Below, in pieces: positions 1 through 8,051 of a DNA stretch of 54,917 bases; the stretch's first letter is position 1; every line of letters starts with the position of its first letter. The notes beneath the pieces are model-generated. The model ran no database searches, was not told where the DNA came from, and saw only the letters and a program-made list of their open reading frames with translations. The position numbers and the translations under genes are program-made. Origin of the DNA: Patescibacteria group bacterium (GTDB taxonomy: Bacteria; Patescibacteriota; Minisyncoccia; Phycocordibacterales; Phycocordibacteraceae); NCBI GenBank assembly GCA_038064695.1, contig JBBTSO010000002.1, positions 38,252-93,168 on the forward strand. Direction: 5' to 3'.

Positions 1-114
1 CGCGCCGCAATCCCCTCGTGAGGGCTTGCCTGCGTTCTCTATTTTATTTATGAGCGAATAAGGTATTAAAATCCCCGTCTCAGCCAAAACTCAATCAGTG
101 CGGTGATATCCCCC

Positions 115-143
115 ACTATATGTCAAGTGGATAATTAGGTCAA
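115..143 (-). promoter_or_regulatory. sigma70-like promoter TTGACC-17nt-TATAGT firing toward the window start
   Basis: On the minus strand, TTGACC lies at 143..138, a 17-nt spacer follows, and TATAGT lies at 120..115. It sits in the ORF-free 249 bp downstream of trmD. Its target lies beyond the window edge. Confidence 0.35.
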
Positions 144-249
144 GTGTTTTTTCTCTCTGGTCAACCCTATGGTGTGGATAAGCAAAAACAGTAACCAGGG
201 GGGTCAGTGATCAGCTATGAGTTACCAGAAAAAAAATAAATATCAAGAA

Positions 250-966
250 TTACTTCTTTTCTTTCCGTTTCCACGCCTCAATATCTTTGTGGTTTCCGGA
301 AAGGAGCACTGAGGGAACTTTGTACTTTTTTCCTTTCCACGTGAGCACTTCGGGGCGCGTGTAGACCTCAGAACTCGCGACACGCTCTTCTTCAACCGAC
401 TCAAACGTGCCGAGGACTCCGGGAATTTGCCGTGAAATTGCATCAATCATAACGAGTGCCGGCAGCTCTCCACCAGTTAAGGTATAGTCCCCCACTGACA
501 CTTTTTTAGCTTTTAAAATTTTCTGCACCCGCGCGTCAATGCCTTCATAGCGCCCGCAAATAAAAATGACGTGCTTTTTTTTCTTTGAAATAACTCGCGC
601 CTGCGTATTGGTAAAGGGAGCGCCTGAGGTATCAAAAAAGACTACCTCAACGCTTGAGCTTTTAGGCTTTAGGTTTTTGCTTTTAGCTTTTTTAAGAGCA
701 GCTTCTACGGCGCGAAGGACGCTCTCGGCTTCCAACACCATGCCGGGCCCACCCCCGTACGGCTTTTGGTCAACGCGATGCCACTTGTTTTTCGCAAAGT
801 CACGCGGGTTGTAAAAAGAAATTTTTATTTTTCCCGACGCTTGCGGTCGGGACCCCGACCCCTTCAGGCGTCGGGGTTTATCCCCTCGAAGTGCCCGCCC
901 TAAAATTGACACCTTCAAATACGAGTCAAAAGATTCGGGGAAAAGGGTGATGACGTGAAAGTGCAT
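250..966 (-). CDS. trmD: tRNA (guanine37-N1)-methyltransferase TrmD
   Basis: 238-aa ORF with TrmD/SPOUT motifs HVITLFPE, CGRYEGIDARV and VGDYTLTGGELPA. It carries a basic insertion of about 20 aa (DKPRRLKGSGSRPQASGK). Confidence 0.9.
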   Translation of the reverse strand: MHFHVITLFPESFDSYLKVSILGRALRGDKPRRLKGSGSRPQASGKIKISFYNPRDFAKNKWHRVDQKPYGGGPGMVLEAESVLRAVEAALKKAKSKNLKPKSSSVEVVFFDTSGAPFTNTQARVISKKKKHVIFICGRYEGIDARVQKILKAKKVSVGDYTLTGGELPALVMIDAISRQIPGVLGTFESVEEERVASSEVYTRPEVLTWKGKKYKVPSVLLSGNHKDIEAWKRKEKK

Positions 967-968
967 AG

Positions 969-1121
969 CTAATCAGGAATTTTGTCGTTTTTCCGTGATG
1001 GTTCTCCAAACAGATTCCACCCGACCACCAAAAGTATCATCGCAACAACAGGAAAAGCGTACGCAAGTGCAACTGTTTCACCAGCGTTTAGATTTTCAGT
1101 GCCTCTTATTACCCATCCCAT
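969..1121 (-). CDS. small single-pass membrane protein (50 aa), hypothetical
   Basis: Below the ORF-track cutoff. Translation: MGWVIRGTENLNAGETVALAYAFPVVAMILLVVGWNLFGEPSRKNDKIPD. The ATG is 4 nt after the KH-gene stop and the TAG is 2 nt before the trmD ATG. It fills the slot where rimM usually sits. Confidence 0.4.
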   Translation of the reverse strand: MGWVIRGTENLNAGETVALAYAFPVVAMILLVVGWNLFGEPSRKNDKIPD

Positions 1122-1124
1122 ACG

Positions 1125-1439
1125 TTAGAACTTCAAATCCTCCAACGCCTCGTCAACACTCTTTGATGCAGAAGGTTTTGAGGTACCCATTCCGCTACCC
1201 TCGGGCTCACTAATTTTTAAGTTCACGCGCGCGTTGTTTTTCATTCCCACCACACGAAGAAGAATACGAATGGCTTTCGCGGTGTTACCACTTCGTCCAA
1301 TTACCTTCCCCATATCGGCAGGATTTACATCTAACGTGAGGAGAACGCCCATTTCATCCACCTGACGTTTTACTTTTACATCGTCTGGATGGTCAACGAG
1401 GGCCTTTATAACACTTTCTAGAAATAGTTGGTCTTGCAT
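1125..1439 (-). CDS. khpA: KH-domain RNA-binding protein (KhpA/YlqC family)
   Basis: 104 aa with the KH GxxG loop (VIGRSGNTAKAIR). It has the conserved position between rpsP and trmD. Confidence 0.8.
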   Translation of the reverse strand: MQDQLFLESVIKALVDHPDDVKVKRQVDEMGVLLTLDVNPADMGKVIGRSGNTAKAIRILLRVVGMKNNARVNLKISEPEGSGMGTSKPSASKSVDEALEDLKF

Positions 1440-1504
1440 AGCAGTGATTCATCAATTACCGGATAATCAGCCCGTTAAAGGTCTTGGAATAAGAGTATAC
1501 AATA

Positions 1505-1533
1505 AAACCCCCTACTTTTAAAGTAGGGGGTTT
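1505..1533 (-). terminator. intrinsic terminator after rpsP
   Basis: Perfect 12-bp arms AAACCCCCTACT / AGTAGGGGGTTT with a 5-nt loop. On the minus-strand RNA the stem is followed by UUUUAUUG. It lies 7 nt after the rpsP stop. Confidence 0.7.
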
Positions 1534-1539
1534 GAGCAT

Positions 1540-1914
1540 TTAGGCCGCAGGAACTTCTTCTTTTGGTGCCTCCTCGGCGGTGGCTTGCGTTTCAGATGGT
1601 GCCTCTGCTTTTACCTCCTCCGCAGGCGCTTCTTTTACGATAGGGGTTTTCTTACCAAGGACGTTGATTTTCTTTCCTGAAATGATGCCTTTGGTAATGA
1701 GGAGGTTGTGGAGCGAACCGGATGCCTGAGCACCACGAGAAAGCCAGAGTTTAATGGCGTCTCCGTCAAGCATCGTCTGCTTGGTCTTGGGATGATAATT
1801 CCCCACTACGGCGACATTTTTCCCTGCTTGAGAAGCACGCGCATGTTCAGTGACCACTACGCGGAACGCAGGGTCGTTCTTTCGGCCTATTCTCTGGAAA
1901 CGAATCTTTAACAT
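1540..1914 (-). CDS. rpsP: 30S ribosomal protein S16 (bS16) with an acidic Ala/Pro/Glu-rich C-terminal tail
   Basis: MLKIRFQRIGRKNDPAFRVVV is the canonical S16 N-terminus. The start is moved to the ATG at 1914. The 12 upstream codons in the ORF track overlap the promoter. Confidence 0.9.
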   Translation of the reverse strand: MLKIRFQRIGRKNDPAFRVVVTEHARASQAGKNVAVVGNYHPKTKQTMLDGDAIKLWLSRGAQASGSLHNLLITKGIISGKKINVLGKKTPIVKEAPAEEVKAEAPSETQATAEEAPKEEVPAA

Positions 1915-1921
1915 AGGGAGA

Positions 1922-1950
1922 ACTGTAACAAATAAAGCACAAAAGGTCAA
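1922..1950 (-). promoter_or_regulatory. rpsP promoter TTGACC-17-TACAGT, 7 nt upstream of the ATG (leaderless-type)
   Basis: Minus strand: TTGACC (1950..1945), 17 nt, TACAGT (1927..1922), then TCTCCCT and the ATG at 1914. Confidence 0.5.
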
Positions 1951-1977
1951 CTTACTGACGGCTGGACTAATTTTAAA

Positions 1978-2139
1978 TTAATTAAAATTGGTGTTTTTAA
2001 TAAAAACAGCAGCAATGAGACAGAGTATCAACGTTGCACCAGCACCAAGCAATAACCCTTGCCGGCGCCCTTCAGACGTTCCATCAGTAACTCCTTTTCT
2101 ATAAGCTTCACCAGTTCCTGGACGGTCATCAATATCCAT
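1978..2139 (-). CDS. small C-terminally anchored membrane protein (53 aa), hypothetical
   Basis: Below the ORF-track cutoff. Translation: MDIDDRPGTGEAYRKGVTDGTSEGRRQGLLLGAGATLILCLIAAVFIKNTNFN. It has its own TTGACT-17-TATTGT-6-ATG promoter. Confidence 0.55.
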   Translation of the reverse strand: MDIDDRPGTGEAYRKGVTDGTSEGRRQGLLLGAGATLILCLIAAVFIKNTNFN

Positions 2140-2145
2140 AAGATG

Positions 2146-2196
2146 ACAATAGAGTATTACCTGACTTGAGTCAAATATTGTTTTTGATGTTATATT
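2146..2196. promoter_or_regulatory. divergent promoter pair whose two -35 hexamers overlap in the palindrome TTGAGTCAA
   Basis: Minus strand: TTGACT (2174..2169), 17 nt, TATTGT (2151..2146), 6 nt, ATG at 2139. Plus strand: TTGAGT (2166..2171) and an extended -10 TGtTATATT (2188..2196), then 6 nt and the GTG at 2203. Confidence 0.45.
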
Positions 2197-2202
2197 TCGT
2201 AG

Positions 2203-4143
2203 GTGAAAAATGAAATGAATGAGAGCAAAAAACGCCTCTCGGGCGTTATTGACGTAATTCGGAGCGGAAAGAAAGGGTACTTCATTCAGGAAGACACCGA
2301 CGACATAGAAGTGCCTATGGAGTGGCTAAACCGCGCACTCTCGGGCGACGTGGTTGAAGTGGAACTCGGATTTAAATACGGTAAAACGATGGCACGCGTG
2401 GTACGTGTAATTGAACGAAAAACCAACACCTTTGTTGGAGAGTTAATGAAGGACAAAGAGGGCATCTACCTAAAACCCGACAACGCGCGCGTCTATCTCC
2501 CCTTTGCAATCGTGGGGTCGCAAGGTACGTCGGTCGGAAATAAAGCCGTGGTAGAGGTAGTGGACTGGGACAACGACCCCATAACTGCGGAGGTGAAAAC
2601 CATTCTCGGCGTTGCCGGGGAACATGAGACCGAAATGAAGGCCATTATTGCCGCGCGCGGTTTTGATAGCGATTTTCCGAAGGCAGTTTTGGACGAGGCA
2701 CAAAAATTATATGAACACCTGTGGGACGAGGAGGAAATTGCGCGCCGCGAAAATTTTAGAACGACTCTCACCTTCACCATTGACCCTGAAACCGCCAAAG
2801 ATTTTGACGACGCGCTTTCGCTCAAATTTTTAGATAATGGAAACTACGAAGTAGGCGTGCACATTGCGGACGTGTCGCACTTCGTGCGCCCCGGGAGCAT
2901 CATTGAAAAAGAAGCGTACAAACGAGCAACCTCTATTTACCTCGTAGACCGCACCATTCCCATGCTTCCACCCCAACTCTCGGAAGATCTCTGCTCCCTA
3001 AAACCCGACGTTGACCGTTTGGTGTTTTCCGCGGTATTCACCGTAAACCAAAACCACGATGTCATTGACCGACGCTTCACGCGCGGCATCATCAACTCCA
3101 AAAAACGCATGACCTACGAAGAGGCGGATGTAGCTCTCGGCCTACGCGAACCTTCTGAGCAAGGTGAGCCACTCTACCGAATGGAGCTCCGCCACCTGTG
3201 GAAACTTGCGTCAAAACTACGCACCGCGCGAAAAGAAGCGGGCGCGGTAATGTTTGATGTTGACGAAATACGTCCTGTTTTGAACGAAGAGAAAAAAGTC
3301 ATCGGGTTTAAAAAATCTGTCTACACTGAAAGTCACCAGTTGATAGAAGAGCTGATGCTCTTAGCCAACCGCGAAGTGGCCTCCTACGTTTCAGAAACAC
3401 TCGGGAAAAAGAACCAGCTTTTTGTGTACCGCGTGCACGACAAACCCGACACTGACAAGCTGGACGAACTTTCAGTATTTTTACGCGCCATCGGCTACTC
3501 CCTCTCCATGGGACAGCACGGCATTTCAGGAAAAGATTTAAATAAACTGTTGGACGAAATTAAAGGAACGCCCGAGGAACATCTCATTCGAACCGCCACC
3601 GTGCGTTCAATGGCAAAAGCAGTGTACGCGACCAAAAACATTGGCCACTTTGGACTTTCATTTAACGATTACACCCACTTCACCTCCCCCATTCGCCGCT
3701 ATGCGGACCTTATGGTGCACCGCGCGCTCGGGACACTCATTCGCGGAGAAAAACTCACCGTAGACCCTACTGAGCAAGCAAAGAAAGCGCTCCACGCGTC
3801 AGAACGCGAGGTAGTCGCATCTGAAGCAGAACGTGCTTCCATCAAGTTGAAACAGGTTGAGTACTTTGCAAACCTCATTGGCACCACAAGAACAGGCGTC
3901 GTATCAGGCGTTTCCGATTGGGGAGTGTACATTTCCGACACGGAAAGTGGCACTGACGGTATGGTGCGCCTTATGACCTTAACCGACGACACATACGAAC
4001 ACGACCGAAAGAAGTTTGCCGTCATTGGAGTAAATACTAAAAAAGCTATCCGCCTCGGCGACCCAGTCACCTACGTGGTGGAACGAGTCAACACTGACGA
4101 CCGCACCATTGACTTTCGTCTTGTTCCCTCAGCAGTCCTATAA
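2203..4143 (+). CDS. rnr: ribonuclease R (RNase II/R family, RNB domain plus C-terminal S1-like domain)
   Basis: 646 aa. RNB motifs FTIDPETAKDFDDALS and HFGL...YTHFTSPIRRYADLMVHR are present. The start is either the GTG at 2203 (6 nt after the -10) or the ATG at 2215 (preceded by AGGTGA). Confidence 0.9.
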   Translation: MKNEMNESKKRLSGVIDVIRSGKKGYFIQEDTDDIEVPMEWLNRALSGDVVEVELGFKYGKTMARVVRVIERKTNTFVGELMKDKEGIYLKPDNARVYLPFAIVGSQGTSVGNKAVVEVVDWDNDPITAEVKTILGVAGEHETEMKAIIAARGFDSDFPKAVLDEAQKLYEHLWDEEEIARRENFRTTLTFTIDPETAKDFDDALSLKFLDNGNYEVGVHIADVSHFVRPGSIIEKEAYKRATSIYLVDRTIPMLPPQLSEDLCSLKPDVDRLVFSAVFTVNQNHDVIDRRFTRGIINSKKRMTYEEADVALGLREPSEQGEPLYRMELRHLWKLASKLRTARKEAGAVMFDVDEIRPVLNEEKKVIGFKKSVYTESHQLIEELMLLANREVASYVSETLGKKNQLFVYRVHDKPDTDKLDELSVFLRAIGYSLSMGQHGISGKDLNKLLDEIKGTPEEHLIRTATVRSMAKAVYATKNIGHFGLSFNDYTHFTSPIRRYADLMVHRALGTLIRGEKLTVDPTEQAKKALHASEREVVASEAERASIKLKQVEYFANLIGTTRTGVVSGVSDWGVYISDTESGTDGMVRLMTLTDDTYEHDRKKFAVIGVNTKKAIRLGDPVTYVVERVNTDDRTIDFRLVPSAVL

Positions 4144-4232
4144 CCCCCTAGTAAAAGAAGTCTCACTTCCTTTACTCGTAGACGGCAGAATGCCCCGCGA
4201 GCTCTGCTTCGGGGATAGGGCGAGCCGATGTT

Positions 4233-6404
4233 TTACTTTGCGACTTTTACCGCTTCCTCCAGCTTTACCGAAAGCACTTTTGAAACCCCGTCATTCCCCA
4301 TGGTGACGCCGTAGAGCACGCCCGCGCGACTCATCGTCTCGCGGTTGTGTGTTATCAAAATGAGTTGAGATTTTTCAGAAAGTGCTGCAATCATATCGCC
4401 GTAGCGGCGGCTGTTTGCTTCATCCAGCGCCGCGTCGGTTTCATCCAGCACCAAAAATGGAGGCGGGTTGACTGACGACATAGCGAAAATAAGCGCGATG
4501 GAGGTAAGCGCGCGCTCTCCCCCCGAAAGCATCGTCAAACCTTTGATGCGTTTTCGTGGTATGGAGAGAGAAATTTCCAACCCTTCAACAGTTTTTTCCA
4601 TTTCATCCGGAATGCCGTCGTCATCAGCATCTTCAAGGCTACGCACGCGACGCACGGGTTCTTTCACCAACACTAAGGACGCGCTCCCGCCGTCAAACAT
4701 AAGTGAAAAGAACTTTGAAAATTCTGCGTTGATGGCGTGGAGGCCCTGTTTAAACTTGACCGAAAGCTCATCTTCTAGCTGGGCAATAAGCGAACGGAGT
4801 TCAGCACGTGCCGCTTCAAGGTCGGCGAGCTCACGCTCTAAAAATGCCTCGCGCTCAGACGCCTCTTGATACTCTTTCAAAACCTCGGCACCGCCCGCAG
4901 CTCCCATTTCCTCAAGGCGAATTTTAATTTTTTGAAGTTCACGTTTTTCGGTAGCTTGTGCTTCACGTGTTCTCGACTCACTAGATGGTGTTGCAAAACG
5001 CATTGCCTCAACACCTACGAGCACTCCTGCTTCAGAGAGATCGCGCTTGAATTCCTCTTCTTCAGCGTGGAGTCGGGAGAGTGCTGCCTCAGCGTTTTCA
5101 AGTGTGTGGCGTAACTCCCTCTCTTCGCTCGTTAATGCAAAGAGTGCTCGTTCTTGTTCACGCTCACGCGTGCGTGACGAGTCTAATGCTTTTCGTATCT
5201 CCTCGAGCTCGCGCGTGGCACCTTCCTCGTCTTTCGCAAGCTGTTTTTCCTTTGCGCGAAGTTTTTCTTTTTGTTCATTGAGTGTTTGTACCTCTCTTTG
5301 GTCTTTCGCTCCTCCCGCAAGTAACCCTTTAAGACGGCGCACAAGATCCTGCACAAAAGAAATTAGTGTTTCGCGAGTACTCTGGTGTTCCGTAAAGAGT
5401 GCATCGGTTTCCGAGAGTATCTGTTCAAGTGCCTCGCGCGAAACACTGGACTCAGGAACCATGCGTTCAATCGCTTCCATCTGTCCCTCAATGCGTGATG
5501 CCTCAGAAAGCACCGTGCGGCGTAGAGCGCGAAGGTGCTCTATGCGTTCTGAAAGCGCGGCAATGTTTTTGCCTTCACTGGATTCGCTTGAAAGCGCGAG
5601 CGCTTCACGCGCCGACGCCATTGCCCGAGACACTCTCTCCACCCCTTCTTTCGCTTTTGTCTTTTCCTCACCTAAATGTTTTTTTGCCTCGGTGAGGTAC
5701 GCTGACTCGGACGCAAAATACTTTTGAAAACGCACTACCGCTTCGGTGCGTATATCTTCTGCTTTTTGTATTTTTTCTACCTGGCGTTTTAAAAAACGGA
5801 GGTGTGGTGCAACCTCTTTACGGAGCGCGTCAACTTGACGCATATTTTCCTCTGTTTTTTCTAACTTACGGATACTCTCTTCTTTTTTATACTGATACAC
5901 CTTAAGTCCTAGCGCGTCTTCCAACATTTCCCTGCGTTCGCGAGATGGCGCGGAAAGAATTTTATCCGCCTCTCCTTGAGAAATAAGGTGGTGCCCCGTT
6001 TGTCCAATATTGGCACCTGCTAAGAGTTCTAAAATATCTTTAAGACGAACGATGCTCCCATTCAAACGGTACTCATTTATACCGTCGCGGTGCACAATAC
6101 GCTCAATAATTACCTCGTCAAAATCAATATCTAAAAATCGGCTCGCGTTGTTAAAGGTGAGCGCCGCGGACGCGCGGTTAGCCCGTGGTGCACTTGCCGA
6201 ACCATTCCAAATTAAATCTTCACCACGCTTTCCTCGCATAGACTTCATTGACTGTTCTCCCAACACAAAACGAATCCCCTCGGCAACGTTTGATTTACCG
6301 CTTCCATTGGGGCCGACGATAGACACCACGGGGGTATCAAAATCAAACGCCGTCTTTTTTGCAAACGACTTAAAACCAGAGAGTTCCAGACGGACGAGAT
6401 GCAT
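4233..6404 (-). CDS. smc: SMC-like chromosome-partition ATPase, short form (723 aa) with no recognisable hinge
   Basis: The N-terminal head reads LELSGFKSF...GPNGSGKSN. The C-terminal head carries LSGGERALTSIAL and FLVLDETDAALD. Between them lie about 400 aa of E/K/R/A/L-rich coiled coil. Confidence 0.75.
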   Translation of the reverse strand: MHLVRLELSGFKSFAKKTAFDFDTPVVSIVGPNGSGKSNVAEGIRFVLGEQSMKSMRGKRGEDLIWNGSASAPRANRASAALTFNNASRFLDIDFDEVIIERIVHRDGINEYRLNGSIVRLKDILELLAGANIGQTGHHLISQGEADKILSAPSRERREMLEDALGLKVYQYKKEESIRKLEKTEENMRQVDALRKEVAPHLRFLKRQVEKIQKAEDIRTEAVVRFQKYFASESAYLTEAKKHLGEEKTKAKEGVERVSRAMASAREALALSSESSEGKNIAALSERIEHLRALRRTVLSEASRIEGQMEAIERMVPESSVSREALEQILSETDALFTEHQSTRETLISFVQDLVRRLKGLLAGGAKDQREVQTLNEQKEKLRAKEKQLAKDEEGATRELEEIRKALDSSRTREREQERALFALTSEERELRHTLENAEAALSRLHAEEEEFKRDLSEAGVLVGVEAMRFATPSSESRTREAQATEKRELQKIKIRLEEMGAAGGAEVLKEYQEASEREAFLERELADLEAARAELRSLIAQLEDELSVKFKQGLHAINAEFSKFFSLMFDGGSASLVLVKEPVRRVRSLEDADDDGIPDEMEKTVEGLEISLSIPRKRIKGLTMLSGGERALTSIALIFAMSSVNPPPFLVLDETDAALDEANSRRYGDMIAALSEKSQLILITHNRETMSRAGVLYGVTMGNDGVSKVLSVKLEEAVKVAK

Positions 6405-6448
6405 AAGCGTATTTTACCCTATGAGCAAAGAGTGGCGAATGAACATAC

Positions 6449-7027
6449 CTACCCTCCACTATATCCAACGGCAATATTGTACGACTCTGCCCCACCACCT
6501 CGACCTTCACCATCAACCGTGCCACTACACTGGACGGTACTGAATGTATCGTAGTTTGAGTTTGCCGCGTCTTCCATTTGTCGCGCAAAAATTACTGCGT
6601 AATCTTTGTTACCACAACGGTGTAGCCCATCGTAGTAGTAATAAAAGGTACCGTTGTTAATGGGGTCTCGCGGAGTGGCATTCAAGTACGGCTCCATTAG
6701 GTTTTGAAAAGTGGTGTTCGTGGTGACGTTGCCATTTGCCCCCTCGGACTCTTTCGGGTACGTACCGTGGTCAACACTATAGAGCTCCAGTGCTTTTTGA
6801 ATCTGGTGAATATCGGCAACGCGGCGTTTATCTTTTGCGTCACGCTGTGCATCTGACAAAAATACTAAAACCATTGAAGCGAGCAACCCGAGGAGCGCAA
6901 TTACCACCATCAACTCAATGAGTGTGAATCCGCGACTTTGTCGCGAATTTGCTCCACCTGCGTTCGAAGAACATAAAAACTGATTTTTATGTTCCTTCTC
7001 TCTTGGTGTAGTAAACCCTATATTCAT
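6449..7027 (-). CDS. type IV pilin / pseudopilin-like protein
   Basis: Prepilin cleavage/N-methylation motif SRG|FTLIELMVVIALLGLLASMVLVFL. The start is set at the ATG at 7027, 5 nt after the upstream stop. This implies an unusually long 33-aa leader. Confidence 0.8.
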   Translation of the reverse strand: MNIGFTTPREKEHKNQFLCSSNAGGANSRQSRGFTLIELMVVIALLGLLASMVLVFLSDAQRDAKDKRRVADIHQIQKALELYSVDHGTYPKESEGANGNVTTNTTFQNLMEPYLNATPRDPINNGTFYYYYDGLHRCGNKDYAVIFARQMEDAANSNYDTFSTVQCSGTVDGEGRGGGAESYNIAVGYSGG

Positions 7028-7031
7028 ATAT

Positions 7032-7313
7032 TTACCGGTCCCCCGGGAGGACATAGTTCGGAAGTCTCTCACCTTCGCGAAGCTGGTCGTTCCCTAACGA
7101 AACTGGGTCAGGAATTGCTGATGCAATAAAATAAACCACGAGCGAGACGAGAAACACGGCGAATATAACTAATATAACTACCGCATCTCCCGACGTGGAA
7201 ACAATACCGGTTTTCAGCATTTGCTTTCCTATACCATCTGGTTCAGGATTTGGCGCCTGGAGTGGTTCAAGATCGCCGCGCTCCTCATCAAATATAATAT
7301 CCCCGGTCGGCAT
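7032..7313 (-). CDS. hypothetical single-pass membrane protein (93 aa)
   Basis: Acidic N-terminus and one TM segment (AVVILVIFAVFLVSLVVYFIASAI). Tightly spaced between rnc and the pilin gene. Confidence 0.5.
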   Translation of the reverse strand: MPTGDIIFDEERGDLEPLQAPNPEPDGIGKQMLKTGIVSTSGDAVVILVIFAVFLVSLVVYFIASAIPDPVSLGNDQLREGERLPNYVLPGDR

Positions 7314-7337
7314 GTTCCTATCATAACAAGGAAAAAA

Positions 7338-8051
7338 CTACGTTTCGCTTTGGAGTGCACGCTCTGCCGCGTTTTGTTCAGCTTCTTGCTTTGAACGACC
7401 CTCCCCTTCAGATACTGCTACGTCACCAACCGAGAGCGACACCACAAAGCGCTTGTCGTGGTCAGGTCCTTCCGAATGAACTACCTCATACCGCGGGGTG
7501 AGTCCGTACTTTGCTTGCGCGTGTTCTTGGAAACTACTTTTTGCGTCTCTCCACGCGCCACTTGAAACTACCTCGTCAGCTTTACTTAAAACGTGAGCAC
7601 GTATAAAGGTATTTGCTCCTTCAAAACCCTGATCCAAGTAGAGCGCCCCGACGACCGCCTCAAATGTATTTGCCAAAATGGTCGCGCGCGCCCGTCCGGT
7701 GTCTTTTGCTTCACCTTTTGAAAGGAGGAGGCAGTCATTCATTCCCAAACTCTCAGCAATGGTGCCGAGCATAGTGGCATTTACCAATGCAGCGCGGTAC
7801 GCGGTTAGATGCCCCTCCGTGACGTTCGGATATTTTTTAAACAGGTAGTCGGTAACGGAGAGTTCCAACACCGCGTCGCCTAGGAATTCTAGACGTTCGT
7901 TATGTTCCTGTTTGTCGGGAGTCACGCCTCCTCCTTGCTCATTCAAGTACGAGCGGTGAGTGAACGCTGTTTTGAGGAGCGACTCGTCATGAAATGACAC
8001 TCCCGCGCGTTTTAAAAATATATCAAAAGCTTTTTGTTTTTCTTCGGTCAT
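7338..8051 (-). CDS. rnc: ribonuclease III
   Basis: RNase III signature ERLEFLGDAVLEL plus a C-terminal dsRBD (GPDHDKRF...GEGRSKQEAEQNAA). Its ATG overlaps the upstream TGA (ATGA at 8048-8051). Confidence 0.92.
   Translation of the reverse strand: MTEEKQKAFDIFLKRAGVSFHDESLLKTAFTHRSYLNEQGGGVTPDKQEHNERLEFLGDAVLELSVTDYLFKKYPNVTEGHLTAYRAALVNATMLGTIAESLGMNDCLLLSKGEAKDTGRARATILANTFEAVVGALYLDQGFEGANTFIRAHVLSKADEVVSSGAWRDAKSSFQEHAQAKYGLTPRYEVVHSEGPDHDKRFVVSLSVGDVAVSEGEGRSKQEAEQNAAERALQSET

Noticed and set aside
1-114. Possible tmRNA or SRP RNA start. The putative transcript begins GGGGGAT..., and GGCTGAGACGGGGAT loosely resembles the tmRNA 5' GGAUUCGAC.GGGAU element.
   Set aside because: The spacing from the 5' G-run is wrong for tmRNA. 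No tag ORF, T-arm or SRP GGAA/AGCA motifs are visible, and most of any such RNA would lie outside the window. I cannot support it by eye.
1540-1950. N-terminal extensions in the ORF track. Examples are rpsP to 1950, the pilin to 7072, tsf to 30867, the MltB-like gene to 34663, gap to 47443, the PfkB kinase from 38801, and the TM ORF to 44474.
   Set aside because: The extensions overlap upstream genes or promoters, often begin at TTG or GTG, and precede canonical family N-termini at internal ATGs. The starts were trimmed accordingly.
4468-5727. Long plus-strand ORFs (133, 226 and 98 aa, Ser/Ala/Arg-rich) opposite the smc gene.
   Set aside because: They mirror the E/K/L/A-rich coiled-coil codons of smc on the opposite strand. 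They have low-complexity composition, no start context and no motifs, so they are antisense artefacts.
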